Below, piece after piece: positions 46,606-55,872 of a stretch of 64,000 nucleotides of DNA; position 1 is the stretch's first letter, and every line of letters starts with the position of its first letter. The notes under the pieces are model-generated. The model was not told the origin of the DNA. It was given only the letters and a program-made list of their open reading frames with translations, and searched no databases. A program made the position numbers and the translations under genes. Source of the stretch: an uncultured Eubacteriales bacterium (GTDB lineage: Bacteria > Bacillota > Clostridia > Oscillospirales > CAG-382); contig CAKSEL010000004.1 in the NCBI GenBank assembly GCA_934446675.1, positions 72,878 to 136,877 of the forward strand, written 5' to 3'.

Positions 46606-47748
46606 ATGAAAAATTTCAGCTTTACTAAAAACAAAAATATATTCTTTATACTCACCGCAATAATGATTATCGCGGGAATATGCTCTTTCGTTATCCGCAG
46701 CTTCAATTTCGACATTGAATTCGTAGGCGGTACCGAAATCAGCTACGACCTCAAAAAGGCCGTTGAAAAGTCCGACGAGGAAGCTATCAAGAAAATGGTG
46801 ACCGACATTATCGGTGCGGACAACTTCTCCTCACTTCGTATTGTCGGCGACAACAAGAACACTGTTGTCATCAGAACCAAGCTTGTTTCGGCTGACGACG
46901 AGGGCAAGTGGGACGCTGCTGCTGCCGACGTTGAAGCTGCCGTAAAAGCGCTTTATCCCGATTCGACCACAGTTTCAAGCGCAGAGGGCAACTCGATATT
47001 CAGCCTTTACACCGAGGAAAGCGCAACTGCCGCTACCGAGGACGATACAAACGCTATTAATGAGGCACTTACCGACGTTGTGCCCGACGCTACCGTTACA
47101 ATAAGAGATGACGGCACGGTGAACGTTTCATTCGACGTTGCAGGCCAAATCTCCGAATACAGAGAAGCTATCTCAACTCAGATCAAAGAGCTTTATCCCG
47201 ACGCAGTCTGGGAATCCACCGACACTGTAAGCGCAGAGGTCAGCACAAGCCTCAAGAAGTCGGCTATCGTTTCTGCTGTTGCGGCTATCGCGCTCATGCT
47301 GCTCTACATTGCATTCAGATTTGACTTCGGTTCGGCGTTTGCAGCAGTTCTCTGCCTTGCTCACGACGTATTCGTAATGCTCGTTGCGTACTCCGTTTTC
47401 CAGATACCCGTTGGTTCTACCGTAATCGCAACGGTGCTTACAATTCTCGGTTACTCAATCAACGCAACTATTATTATATTTGACCGTGTGCGCGAGAACG
47501 TAAAGCAGATGCCTGTCGGCATTCCTTTCTCTGAAAAGGTTGACGACGGTATAAGATCCACCCTCATGCGTTCTTTGAACACCACAATTACAACGCTTGT
47601 TACGATAGGTCTTATATACATTCTCGGCGTTACCTCGATAAAGCAGTTTGCACTTCCCCTTATCGTAGGTATCATCGCAGGCGCATATTCTTCTATCTGC
47701 CTTGCAGGTAACTTCTGGACAATATTCAGAAGCAAGAAAAAGAGATAA
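46606..47748 (+). CDS. secF: protein translocase subunit SecF (with enlarged periplasmic domain)
   Basis: FDIEFVGGTEI, C-terminal core LTILGYSINATIIIFDRVREN. ACGGAGGTG SD. About 80 aa longer than the typical SecF I remember. Confidence 0.9.
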   Translation: MKNFSFTKNKNIFFILTAIMIIAGICSFVIRSFNFDIEFVGGTEISYDLKKAVEKSDEEAIKKMVTDIIGADNFSSLRIVGDNKNTVVIRTKLVSADDEGKWDAAAADVEAAVKALYPDSTTVSSAEGNSIFSLYTEESATAATEDDTNAINEALTDVVPDATVTIRDDGTVNVSFDVAGQISEYREAISTQIKELYPDAVWESTDTVSAEVSTSLKKSAIVSAVAAIALMLLYIAFRFDFGSAFAAVLCLAHDVFVMLVAYSVFQIPVGSTVIATVLTILGYSINATIIIFDRVRENVKQMPVGIPFSEKVDDGIRSTLMRSLNTTITTLVTIGLIYILGVTSIKQFALPLIVGIIAGAYSSICLAGNFWTIFRSKKKR

Positions 47749-47899
47749 AAACCGACAATCGGATTTTGCGGGCCGCAGCAATGCGGCTCTTTTTTTGCAC
47801 ATATATGCACCGCACGAAGAAAATTTATCTTTTGTCTCTTTACATAGACTCATTTACAATGTATAATGTATAGTAATCACACAAGAAAGGCGGTGCTTT

Positions 47900-49387
47900 A
47901 TGCAGACGGACACACAGACGCAAAATTCCGAAAATACGGCTTTGCAGCAGCCCAATTCCGGTTCAAAATTCCGTTCGGCAAAGAAAATACCGCCGCCCAA
48001 AGAAAAAAATTCGGGCATTACGCGCGTTTATACCGAAAAAACTCACGGCAGAGTAAATATAATAACAAATTCGCGCTACAACACACAAAGCTCCTCGCGT
48101 CTCATGTCGCCTCTCGACGCCGAGCAGAGAAATGCGGCGCTTTACGGCGCAACCTCCAACAGTGCGCTGCGCAAAAAACGAAAGCCGTCGCGCAGACTTT
48201 CACTCAAAAAAGCGCCTATCGTCCCGACAGCGCCAAAAGATCCGGTTACGATAAAGAAAAACTGGCTAATAAATCAGATAAAGCAGCACGTTGCCTCGCT
48301 TGACATTCCGCTTTTGATTACGGCGCTGTTTATGTGCTTTGCCGGACTCATCTCTGTCAACAGCGCAACGCTTACATACGGCACTCACAGATTTGTTATC
48401 GTACAGTTCTGCGCCTGCATTCTCGGATTTTGCGTAATGACGCTGCTTTCCGTCGCGGATTACAGGCAGCTTATACGGCAGTACAGAACAATAATCGCAC
48501 TAAACGCCCTTATGCTGATAGTGACCTACATTTTCGGCAGCAGCGTTACCGAAAGCTCCAACGCGAACTGGATAGACCTCGGTTTTATCAAAATTCAGCC
48601 GTCAGAGTTTTCAAAGCTTATGTTTATTTACAGCTTTTCGGTACATCTGAGCTTAGTAAAGGACAGGCTGAACAAAATTTCAACATTTATCACGCTGTTT
48701 ATACACGCGTGTCTTATCTTCGGGCTTGTGCTGCTTCAGAGAGACCTCGGATCGCTTACCATCTTCCTTATGATATTTGTGGCAATGTGTTTTGCGGCAG
48801 GGCTGAGCATATGGTACTACATTGCGGGCGCTGCGATTGCCGTAGGATTATCGCCGTTTATATGGCGGCACCTCGGAGTATATCAGCAGAACCGAATACT
48901 GCTCTGCTTTGACAGTTCGATAGATCCCGGCGGCACAGGCATACGCTATCAGCAGCTGCGCAGCCAGACCGCAATCGGAAACGGCGGACTTTTCGGCACG
49001 GGCTATACACACGGCACGGTAACGCAGGGACTTTCGGACGGGCTCCCGGCAAAGCACACCGACATGATCTTCGCAACGGTCTGCGAGGAATGGGGGCTTA
49101 TAGGCGCGCTTGTAATTCTCGGCGCTACCTGCTATCTCATCTACCGCATACTTAAAATAGCGCTTGAATGTGAAAATCCCGTCGGACGGTACATATGCGT
49201 GGGCGTTGCGGCGCTGCTTATAACTCAGGTCGCAGAAAACGTCGGAATGTGCCTTGGCATAATGCCAGTAATCGGCATTACATTCCCGTTTTTAAGCTAC
49301 GGCGGTTCTTCCGCACTCAGCACGTTCCTTGCAATAGGCATGGCGCTGTCGGTGCGCTCGCACAGAGAAAAAACCTTCTTTTCATAA
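47900..49387 (+). CDS. FtsW/RodA/SpoVE (SEDS) family peptidoglycan glycosyltransferase with ~125-aa basic disordered N-terminal extension
   Basis: SEDS core: IKIQPSEFSKL, LLQRDLGS, LPAKHTDMIFATVCEEWGLIG, PVIGITFPFLSYGGSS. The N-terminal 125 aa are Q/S/K/R/P-rich with no TM. Confidence 0.85.
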   Translation: MQTDTQTQNSENTALQQPNSGSKFRSAKKIPPPKEKNSGITRVYTEKTHGRVNIITNSRYNTQSSSRLMSPLDAEQRNAALYGATSNSALRKKRKPSRRLSLKKAPIVPTAPKDPVTIKKNWLINQIKQHVASLDIPLLITALFMCFAGLISVNSATLTYGTHRFVIVQFCACILGFCVMTLLSVADYRQLIRQYRTIIALNALMLIVTYIFGSSVTESSNANWIDLGFIKIQPSEFSKLMFIYSFSVHLSLVKDRLNKISTFITLFIHACLIFGLVLLQRDLGSLTIFLMIFVAMCFAAGLSIWYYIAGAAIAVGLSPFIWRHLGVYQQNRILLCFDSSIDPGGTGIRYQQLRSQTAIGNGGLFGTGYTHGTVTQGLSDGLPAKHTDMIFATVCEEWGLIGALVILGATCYLIYRILKIALECENPVGRYICVGVAALLITQVAENVGMCLGIMPVIGITFPFLSYGGSSALSTFLAIGMALSVRSHREKTFFS

Positions 49388-49407
49388 AATTCACGGAGGA
49401 AACCAAA

Positions 49408-50061
49408 TTGAACGACTACACCAACGAAAATGCTGATATTTTCGACGAACCTCAAAAGAAAAAAGGCTTTACGTTCGGAAAGCTTATTAAATGGATCTGC
49501 CTTGCGTTTATAATAGCGGTATGTGCGATACTTTTTGCACGGTGCTATATGTACAGCGACTCACCCATAGTCAAAAAGGTAATAACCGACAGCAAGTTTA
49601 CCGACGCATACAATGCCGATAAAGAAAATTTTGAAGTTCTGCAATACGGAATTAAGTCCTCGTGGGTTGCGATAAAGGAAAACCGCCTTATCGAGTTCAA
49701 CTATCTGTACTATGTTCCCAAAACCGAACAGCTCCAGTTTTCGGTAAAATACAACCTCGATCTTCCCGGAGAAGATGTCGGGCTTCCATTTAGGTTCAAG
49801 CTTACGGACTCCGACGGAAACGAGTACACATCATACACATACGAATTTGAAAAACGCTACGGCTACGGATATTACCGCCTTTGCTTTGACGGCATTAAGC
49901 TCGAAAAAGACGATACTGCCGAAACCGACAAAAATAAAAGCTACACCGTAGCCATTGACATGAAGGACGCAGACGGCAACTATTCAGAGCTTTGCACAAA
50001 CGAGATCTACAACGGTTCTACGGTATGCCGTCCGGTTGATTTTTCAAAATACTTAAAGTAA
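49408..50061 (+). CDS. membrane-anchored hypothetical protein
   Basis: GGAGGAA lies 7 nt before TTG 49408; the track ORF 49195.. overlaps the SEDS gene. One TM (LIKWICLAFIIAVCAILFA), then a beta-rich domain. No family recognised. Confidence 0.6.
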   Translation: MNDYTNENADIFDEPQKKKGFTFGKLIKWICLAFIIAVCAILFARCYMYSDSPIVKKVITDSKFTDAYNADKENFEVLQYGIKSSWVAIKENRLIEFNYLYYVPKTEQLQFSVKYNLDLPGEDVGLPFRFKLTDSDGNEYTSYTYEFEKRYGYGYYRLCFDGIKLEKDDTAETDKNKSYTVAIDMKDADGNYSELCTNEIYNGSTVCRPVDFSKYLK

Positions 50062-50081
50062 AAGTAAAAAAGGAGCGCATT

Positions 50082-51086
50082 ATGAAACGCATAACTCTTT
50101 CGGACATTGCAAAAATGACCGGATATTCAATAAACACCGTTTCCCATGCTCTCAACGACAAAAACGACATTTCGGAAAAAACCAAAGCCGAAATAAAAAA
50201 AGCCGCGGTAAGTCTCGGATATATAGGCAATTCCTCCGCAAGCTTTTTGAGAAGCGGAAAAAGCCGCGCCGTCGCGGTAATAATTCCCGACATTGCAAAT
50301 CCGCACTTCTCGATAATGATTAAGGAAATGCAGCTTGCTTTGAGAAATGCAGGCTACACAGCCGTTGTTTTCAACACCGACGAGGACGAAAAAAACGAAA
50401 CAGACGCTATTATGACCTCTCTCCGGCAGAACGTTGACGGAATTATAATCTGTCCCGTGCAGAAAACCGTGGATAACATCGAATATCTCGAAAAATGCGG
50501 CGTTCCCTTTGTGCTTATAGGCAGATGTTTTGACAAAAACAAGCACAGCTACGTTGTATGCGACAACAAAAACGGCGGATTTCTGGCAGGCAAAGAGGCT
50601 ATCCGCGTAAGCTGCGGAAAACCCGTGCTGTTTCTCAACGCAAGCTCATTTATTACGACCTCGCGCGAACGTCTTGACGGCATAAAGCAAGCTTTTGAGG
50701 TTTCGGGCATACCTCTTTCAAATCTCAGAGTACACGAGGTTTCCCCAATGCTGTCCGACGGCGGAGATATTGCAAAGATACTTTCGGACGCAAAAAATTA
50801 CGGCGCCGTCATATGCTTTTCGGACCTGCTTGCAATGAAAGTCTGTATGCTGCTGCGCGGTATGTCTCTTGAAATACCCAAAGACATAAGCGTTATAGGC
50901 TTTGACGACATTGTTTCAAAATTCGCGCTGCCCATAATGCTAAGTTCGGTTTCTTCGTCGAAAACTCTTATGTCATCAAAGGCGGTCGAGTTCCTTTTTG
51001 AGCTTATCGGCGGCAAAAAAGCCGAAAATTTGCGTGCAGTTCTCCCGACCGAGCTTGTAAGACGCGAAACCACAAAAAATATCTGA
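50082..51086 (+). CDS. LacI-family transcriptional regulator
   Basis: N-terminal HTH MKRITLSDIAKMTGYSINTVSHALND, followed by a PBP-type sugar-binding domain (AVAVIIPDIANPHFS). Confidence 0.9.
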   Translation: MKRITLSDIAKMTGYSINTVSHALNDKNDISEKTKAEIKKAAVSLGYIGNSSASFLRSGKSRAVAVIIPDIANPHFSIMIKEMQLALRNAGYTAVVFNTDEDEKNETDAIMTSLRQNVDGIIICPVQKTVDNIEYLEKCGVPFVLIGRCFDKNKHSYVVCDNKNGGFLAGKEAIRVSCGKPVLFLNASSFITTSRERLDGIKQAFEVSGIPLSNLRVHEVSPMLSDGGDIAKILSDAKNYGAVICFSDLLAMKVCMLLRGMSLEIPKDISVIGFDDIVSKFALPIMLSSVSSSKTLMSSKAVEFLFELIGGKKAENLRAVLPTELVRRETTKNI

Positions 51087-51097
51087 ACAAATTTCAC

Positions 51098-51124
51098 GGC
51101 GGCTATTGACATTCCGCCTTTTTT
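51098..51124 (+). terminator. terminator after the LacI gene (overlaps the next promoter)
   Basis: GGCGG-ctattgacatt-CCGCC followed by TTTTTT. Confidence 0.5.
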
Positions 51125-51134
51125 GTGGCACAAT
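51106..51134 (+). promoter_or_regulatory. promoter candidate of the GRE operon
   Basis: TTGACA (51106-11), 17-nt spacer, CACAAT (51129-34) preceded by TGG. Confidence 0.5.
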
Positions 51135-51136
51135 AT

Positions 51137-51150
51137 CATTAACGTTAATG
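51137..51150. promoter_or_regulatory. perfect 14-bp palindrome with central CG: LacI/GalR-type operator
   Basis: CATTAACGTTAATG lies immediately downstream of the -10 and 22 nt upstream of the GRE start codon. Confidence 0.6.
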
Positions 51151-51172
51151 TAAATATTTCCGGAGGCAGGTT

Positions 51173-53143
51173 ATGACAGACAGATTATACAACTTCGTAC
51201 TTCACAAAGAGCATCACAAATACAGAACCGACGCCAAAATAAGCATTGATTATTCCGCAAGCCCGATTGAGCGCATGACAAGCAGATTTGAGCAGATGTG
51301 CGCACTCCAGACGCCGGTCATACTTCCCGACGAGCAGATCGTTCTTATAAGAACGACAAAAGATCTTCCGGACATAATGACGGAACAGGAGTGGGTGGAA
51401 ATAGAGAAAACGCATTTCAGGCACGAACTCGGATATATGTCGAACCTTTCGCCCGACTACGGCAGAATTATCTCGACAGGGCTTTCCGAGTGCGCAAAGA
51501 CCGCCGACGAATACGGAAAAAGAGAAATTGCGGCAATTATCTCGCTTTGCAAAAGATACCGTGATTTTGCGCGCAAAAACGGACGGGACGATGTTGCGGA
51601 CATACTCGGAAACGTACCCGAAAAACCGGCAAAAAGCTTTCGCGAGGCGCTTCAGTTTTTCAGAATAATACACTTTGCGCTCTGGCTCGAAGGAAACTAT
51701 CATGTTACCGTCGGACGCTTTGACAAATATATGTACCCCTATTTCAAAGCCGACCTTGACAGCGGCGTTCTCACCAAAACCGAAGCGTTTGAGCTGTTAT
51801 GCGACTTTTTCCTCTCTTTCAACAAGGACAGCGACATGTATCCCGGCGTTCAGCAGGGCGACAACGGTCAGAGCATGGTTCTCGGAGGCACGGACGAAAA
51901 CGGAAACGAGGTTTTCAGCGAGCTCAGCGCCATGTGTCTTGAGGCAAGCGGCAGACTGCTCATGATAGATCCGAAAATAAATCTGAGAGTAAACTCAAAA
52001 ACGCCGGACGAGGTATACATAAGAGCAAGCACGCTTACAAAAGCAGGACTCGGATTTCCGCAGTATTCCAACGACGACGTGGTTATCCCGGCTCTCGAAA
52101 AAATGGGATACGACAAAAAGGACGCGGCAAACTATGTTGTTGCGGCTTGCTGGGAGTTTATAATACCCGGAATCGGCGCGGATATTGCAAACATCGCCGC
52201 CCTCTCTTTCCCGAAAGTAATAGACGTCTGTCTGCACAGGGATCTTGAAAAATGCAAAGACTTTGACGAATTTTTAAGCTGCGTTAAAAAGCAGATACAC
52301 GACGAATGCGAAAATATCTGCGGCAGCATAAAAAAGCCCTGGTTCGTACCCTCTCCGTTTATGAACGTCTGCATGGACGTAAACATATACGAGGGCGGAA
52401 AATACAACAATTACGGTATTCACGGCACCGGCATTTCAACGGCTGCGGACTCGCTGTCGGCAATCAAAAAATATGTCTTTGACGAAAAGAGCATAAGCGC
52501 AAAAGAGCTTATCAGCGCAGTTGACGGCGACTTCAAAAATACGCCCGAACTTCTTGCAAAATTAAGATACGAAACTCCCAAAATGGGCAGCGACGACGAC
52601 ACTGCGGACGGTTTCGGAACAATGCTTCTCGACGAATTTTCGGCAAGTCTTTCCGGAAAGAAAAATTCACGCGGAGGAATATACCGCGCAGGCACCGGAA
52701 GCGCTATGTTCTATCTCTGGCACGCGGACGAAATAGGCGCGTCGCCCGACGGCAGACGCAAAGGCGAACCCTTTGCGGCAAACTTCTCTCCGAGCCTGTT
52801 TGCAAAGACGTCCGGACCTTTCGGAATTATCAAATCCTTTTCAAAGCAGCACTTTATAAACGCCGCAAACGGCGGTCCGCTCACGCTTGAATTTCACAGC
52901 AGTATGTTTGACGGCGACGACGGCATAAAGAAAGTCGCAATGCTGGTAAAGGCTTACATGGCTCTCGGCGGCGAACAGTTACAGCTGAACGCGGTAAATC
53001 TCGAAACGCTCAAAGACGCCAAGATCCACCCCGAAAACCACCGTCAGCTCGTGGTCAGAATATGGGGCTGGAGCGCATATTTCGTCGAGCTTGACGAGAG
53101 ATACCAGAACCACGTTATGAAACGCTGCGAATACAAGCTATGA
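51173..53143 (+). CDS. glycyl radical enzyme, PFL2/dehydratase-like family, unusually compact (656 aa)
   Basis: C-terminal glycyl loop VVRIWGWSAYFVEL (Gly about residue 632), ASPDGRRKGEPFAANFSPS, Cys loop VVAACWEFIIPG (Cys about 326, C-x-E pattern), QQGDNGQSMVLGG. GGAGG SD. Confidence 0.85.
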   Translation: MTDRLYNFVLHKEHHKYRTDAKISIDYSASPIERMTSRFEQMCALQTPVILPDEQIVLIRTTKDLPDIMTEQEWVEIEKTHFRHELGYMSNLSPDYGRIISTGLSECAKTADEYGKREIAAIISLCKRYRDFARKNGRDDVADILGNVPEKPAKSFREALQFFRIIHFALWLEGNYHVTVGRFDKYMYPYFKADLDSGVLTKTEAFELLCDFFLSFNKDSDMYPGVQQGDNGQSMVLGGTDENGNEVFSELSAMCLEASGRLLMIDPKINLRVNSKTPDEVYIRASTLTKAGLGFPQYSNDDVVIPALEKMGYDKKDAANYVVAACWEFIIPGIGADIANIAALSFPKVIDVCLHRDLEKCKDFDEFLSCVKKQIHDECENICGSIKKPWFVPSPFMNVCMDVNIYEGGKYNNYGIHGTGISTAADSLSAIKKYVFDEKSISAKELISAVDGDFKNTPELLAKLRYETPKMGSDDDTADGFGTMLLDEFSASLSGKKNSRGGIYRAGTGSAMFYLWHADEIGASPDGRRKGEPFAANFSPSLFAKTSGPFGIIKSFSKQHFINAANGGPLTLEFHSSMFDGDDGIKKVAMLVKAYMALGGEQLQLNAVNLETLKDAKIHPENHRQLVVRIWGWSAYFVELDERYQNHVMKRCEYKL

Positions 53144-53928
53144 CAGGCACGGTTTTTGACATAAAAGAGGGTGCGGTACACGACGGTCCGGGACTTCGCA
53201 CCACGGTATTCTTAAAAGGGTGTCCTTTAAGGTGCGTCTGGTGCCACAATCCCGAAGGTCTGTCAAAAGAACCGCAGCTTATGGTAAAGCAAAACCTGTG
53301 CGTCGGCTGCGGAACCTGCCGCAAAGGCTGCAGCCACCCGGAATGTGCGCCGTTTTCGCGCTGCGTTCACGCCTGTCCCAACGGCTGTCTTTCGGTAAGC
53401 GGAAAAGAGTACACGTCCGAAGAACTGTGTTCGGAACTTTCAAAAAACCGCCTGTTCTTTCAGATGTCGGACGGCGGAGTAACGTTTTCCGGCGGAGAAC
53501 CGTTATTTCAGGGCGGATTTTTACTCGAATGTCTCGATATTCTGCAAAAGGACGGTATAAACACCGCGATAGAAACAAGCGGTTACTGCGATGCGGACTT
53601 ATTCGGAAAGGTTTGCGACAAATGCGGCTTTATAATTATGGACATAAAGCTTTTTGACAGAGATACGCACAAGAAATACACCGGCGTTTACAACGACGCG
53701 GTTCTCGACAATGCGAAGTTTCTTATGAACTGCGGCAAGCCGTTTCTGTTCCGCACTCCGCTTATTCCGCACATAACCGACACAAAAGAAAATCTCTGCA
53801 AAATACGGGACTTTATAAAAGACTCTCCTTGGGAGAAACTAAAATACAACGACATGGCAGATCTTAAATACAAAATGCTCGGAATGGAATATCCTTACGG
53901 CAGCATGGAGGTAAAAAATGAAAATTAA
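53140..53928 (+). CDS. glycyl-radical enzyme activating protein (radical SAM)
   Basis: CPLRCVWCHNPE radical-SAM cluster motif, extra ferredoxin-like Cys clusters (CVGCGTCRKGC; CVHACPNGC), GGVTFSGGEPL. ATGA overlap with the GRE stop. Confidence 0.9.
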   Translation: MTGTVFDIKEGAVHDGPGLRTTVFLKGCPLRCVWCHNPEGLSKEPQLMVKQNLCVGCGTCRKGCSHPECAPFSRCVHACPNGCLSVSGKEYTSEELCSELSKNRLFFQMSDGGVTFSGGEPLFQGGFLLECLDILQKDGINTAIETSGYCDADLFGKVCDKCGFIIMDIKLFDRDTHKKYTGVYNDAVLDNAKFLMNCGKPFLFRTPLIPHITDTKENLCKIRDFIKDSPWEKLKYNDMADLKYKMLGMEYPYGSMEVKNEN

Positions 53929-55828
53929 CGCGCAAATGTACAATGCAGACGGCGCACTGCCCTGCGCTTTTGAAGAAAAATCAATTTCAAACGGAGTAAC
54001 AGCCGTAACGGTAAGTGCCAAAAGCGCCGCGGCTCTTGACGCTTTATGTGCGGTGAAGCTAAGTCTTATACCCGACAACGCTTTTTCCGAATACACCTCG
54101 GTATACCGCCATTCCGAGTATTGGTGCAGACCGCAGTTCGGAAACGACCTTTCTTCAATTCCCGACGAAACGCAGACGCTTATACTCAAAAACTCCGACG
54201 GCAGCTATACCGTAATTCTACCGGTTGTTTCTGAGCTTTACAGGTGCGTTATAGAGTCCGGAAAGACAAAAAACGAGTTCTGTGCGCGTCTGTTTACATA
54301 TGCCGACGGTTTAACCGAGTGCAATGCCCTTTCTTTGGTATACAAGACGGGAGATAATCCGTTTTCCGTCATGCACGACTGCGTAAACGCCGCGATAAAG
54401 CAGCTCGGAAACAAAATACTTCCGGCAGAACAAAGAAAATATCCCGAAATATTTGAATATCTCGGCTGGTGCAGCTGGGACGCGCTGCACATTGAAGTAA
54501 ACGAAAAAGGCTTACTCGAAAAGTGCAGAGAATTCAAAGAAAAGAACCTTCCCGTCCGCTGGGCGATACTCGACGATATGTGGGCAGACGTTCCGAACTT
54601 CAAAAACCATACATACTCGGATTTCGGCGAGATGATAAAGCTCATGCACTCAAGCTCTCTGCGCTCCATGGAGGCTGATCCCGAAAGATTTCCCGACGGT
54701 CTTAAACATACCGTTACCGAGATGAAAAAATACCTCACGTGGATAGGTATGTGGCACCCGACGACCGGGTACTGGTTCGGAATTGAACCCGGCAGCAAAC
54801 TTTTTGAAAAGTACAAAGAGCATCTTTACAAAACCGCGGACGGCAGATACATATTAAAACCGGATTACGAAAGCTATCACGCGTTTCTCGATGAGTGGCA
54901 CGCTTTCTTCAGGGACTGCGGCGCAGACTTTGTAAAGGTTGACAATCAGAGCATTATAAGGCGGTTTTACAAGCACACGCGCCCGATAGGCGAAATTGCA
55001 CACGATATGCACGCGGCAATAGAACAGTCAACTCAAAAGCATTTTGGCGGTGCGCTCATCAACTGCATGGGCTGTGCAAACGACAACATCTGGAACAGAC
55101 CGTCAAGCGCCGTTTCACGCTGTTCCGACGACTTTCAGCCAAACAACCGCGAATGGTTCACAAAGCACATTCTTCAGTGCTCCTTTGCGTCGTTCATGCA
55201 GAGAGACATTATCACCTGCGACTGGGATATGTGGTGGACAAACGATCCTCAGGGTATCAAAAACAGCGTCATACGTGCGGTTTCGGGCGGTCCGATATAC
55301 ATAAGCGACGAGATAGGAAAGAGCGAGCGAAACGTAATTATGCCGCTCATACTCTCCGACGGAAAAATACTCCGCTGCGACAAACCAGCCGTTCCGACTG
55401 CCGACTGTCTGACAGGCAATCCCGAAACAAACGGCAGAATTTTCAAGCTTCAGAACACGGCAAAAGGCAGCGGTGTGCTTGCGGTATTCAACATTGACGC
55501 ATCAGACTGCGCGGCGCACGGCAGCATAAGCCCAGACGACATTGACGGACTCTGCGGAGAAGAATTTGCGGTATACGAGCACTTCACAAAGCAGGCGTTC
55601 ACCGTGAAAAAAGGTCAGAGAATACCTCTTACTCTCGAAACACGCGACAATTTCAGGCTGTACAACTTTGTACCTATCAAGGACGGCTTTGCCGCACTCG
55701 GAGATGTCAGCAAGTTCATATGTCCTCTCACCGTAAAGAGCGCGGACAAAAATTCCGGTGCCGAAACGCTCGAACACACCGACTGCCTTATCTTTAAGGA
55801 CGGTAAATTCGAGGCGGTAAAGGCATAA
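53918..55828 (+). CDS. GH36-clan raffinose-synthase/Sip1-like glycosidase or transglycosidase
   Basis: YLGWCSWDALHIEV, WAILDDMW, GADFVKVDNQ (nucleophile-Asp motif) and RCSDDFQPN (acid/base motif), as in plant raffinose synthase/Sip1 and GH36. 11-nt overlap with the activase gene. No signal peptide. Confidence 0.75.
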   Translation: MKINAQMYNADGALPCAFEEKSISNGVTAVTVSAKSAAALDALCAVKLSLIPDNAFSEYTSVYRHSEYWCRPQFGNDLSSIPDETQTLILKNSDGSYTVILPVVSELYRCVIESGKTKNEFCARLFTYADGLTECNALSLVYKTGDNPFSVMHDCVNAAIKQLGNKILPAEQRKYPEIFEYLGWCSWDALHIEVNEKGLLEKCREFKEKNLPVRWAILDDMWADVPNFKNHTYSDFGEMIKLMHSSSLRSMEADPERFPDGLKHTVTEMKKYLTWIGMWHPTTGYWFGIEPGSKLFEKYKEHLYKTADGRYILKPDYESYHAFLDEWHAFFRDCGADFVKVDNQSIIRRFYKHTRPIGEIAHDMHAAIEQSTQKHFGGALINCMGCANDNIWNRPSSAVSRCSDDFQPNNREWFTKHILQCSFASFMQRDIITCDWDMWWTNDPQGIKNSVIRAVSGGPIYISDEIGKSERNVIMPLILSDGKILRCDKPAVPTADCLTGNPETNGRIFKLQNTAKGSGVLAVFNIDASDCAAHGSISPDDIDGLCGEEFAVYEHFTKQAFTVKKGQRIPLTLETRDNFRLYNFVPIKDGFAALGDVSKFICPLTVKSADKNSGAETLEHTDCLIFKDGKFEAVKA

Positions 55829-55839
55829 AAGTATATAAT

Positions 55840-55872
55840 GCACGTCTTTTTACATAAAGGACGTGCTTTTTT
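55840..55872. terminator. bidirectional terminator (GRE operon / MATE gene)
   Basis: GCACGTC (55840-46) pairs with GACGTGC (55860-66), then TTTTTTAT. Confidence 0.7.
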
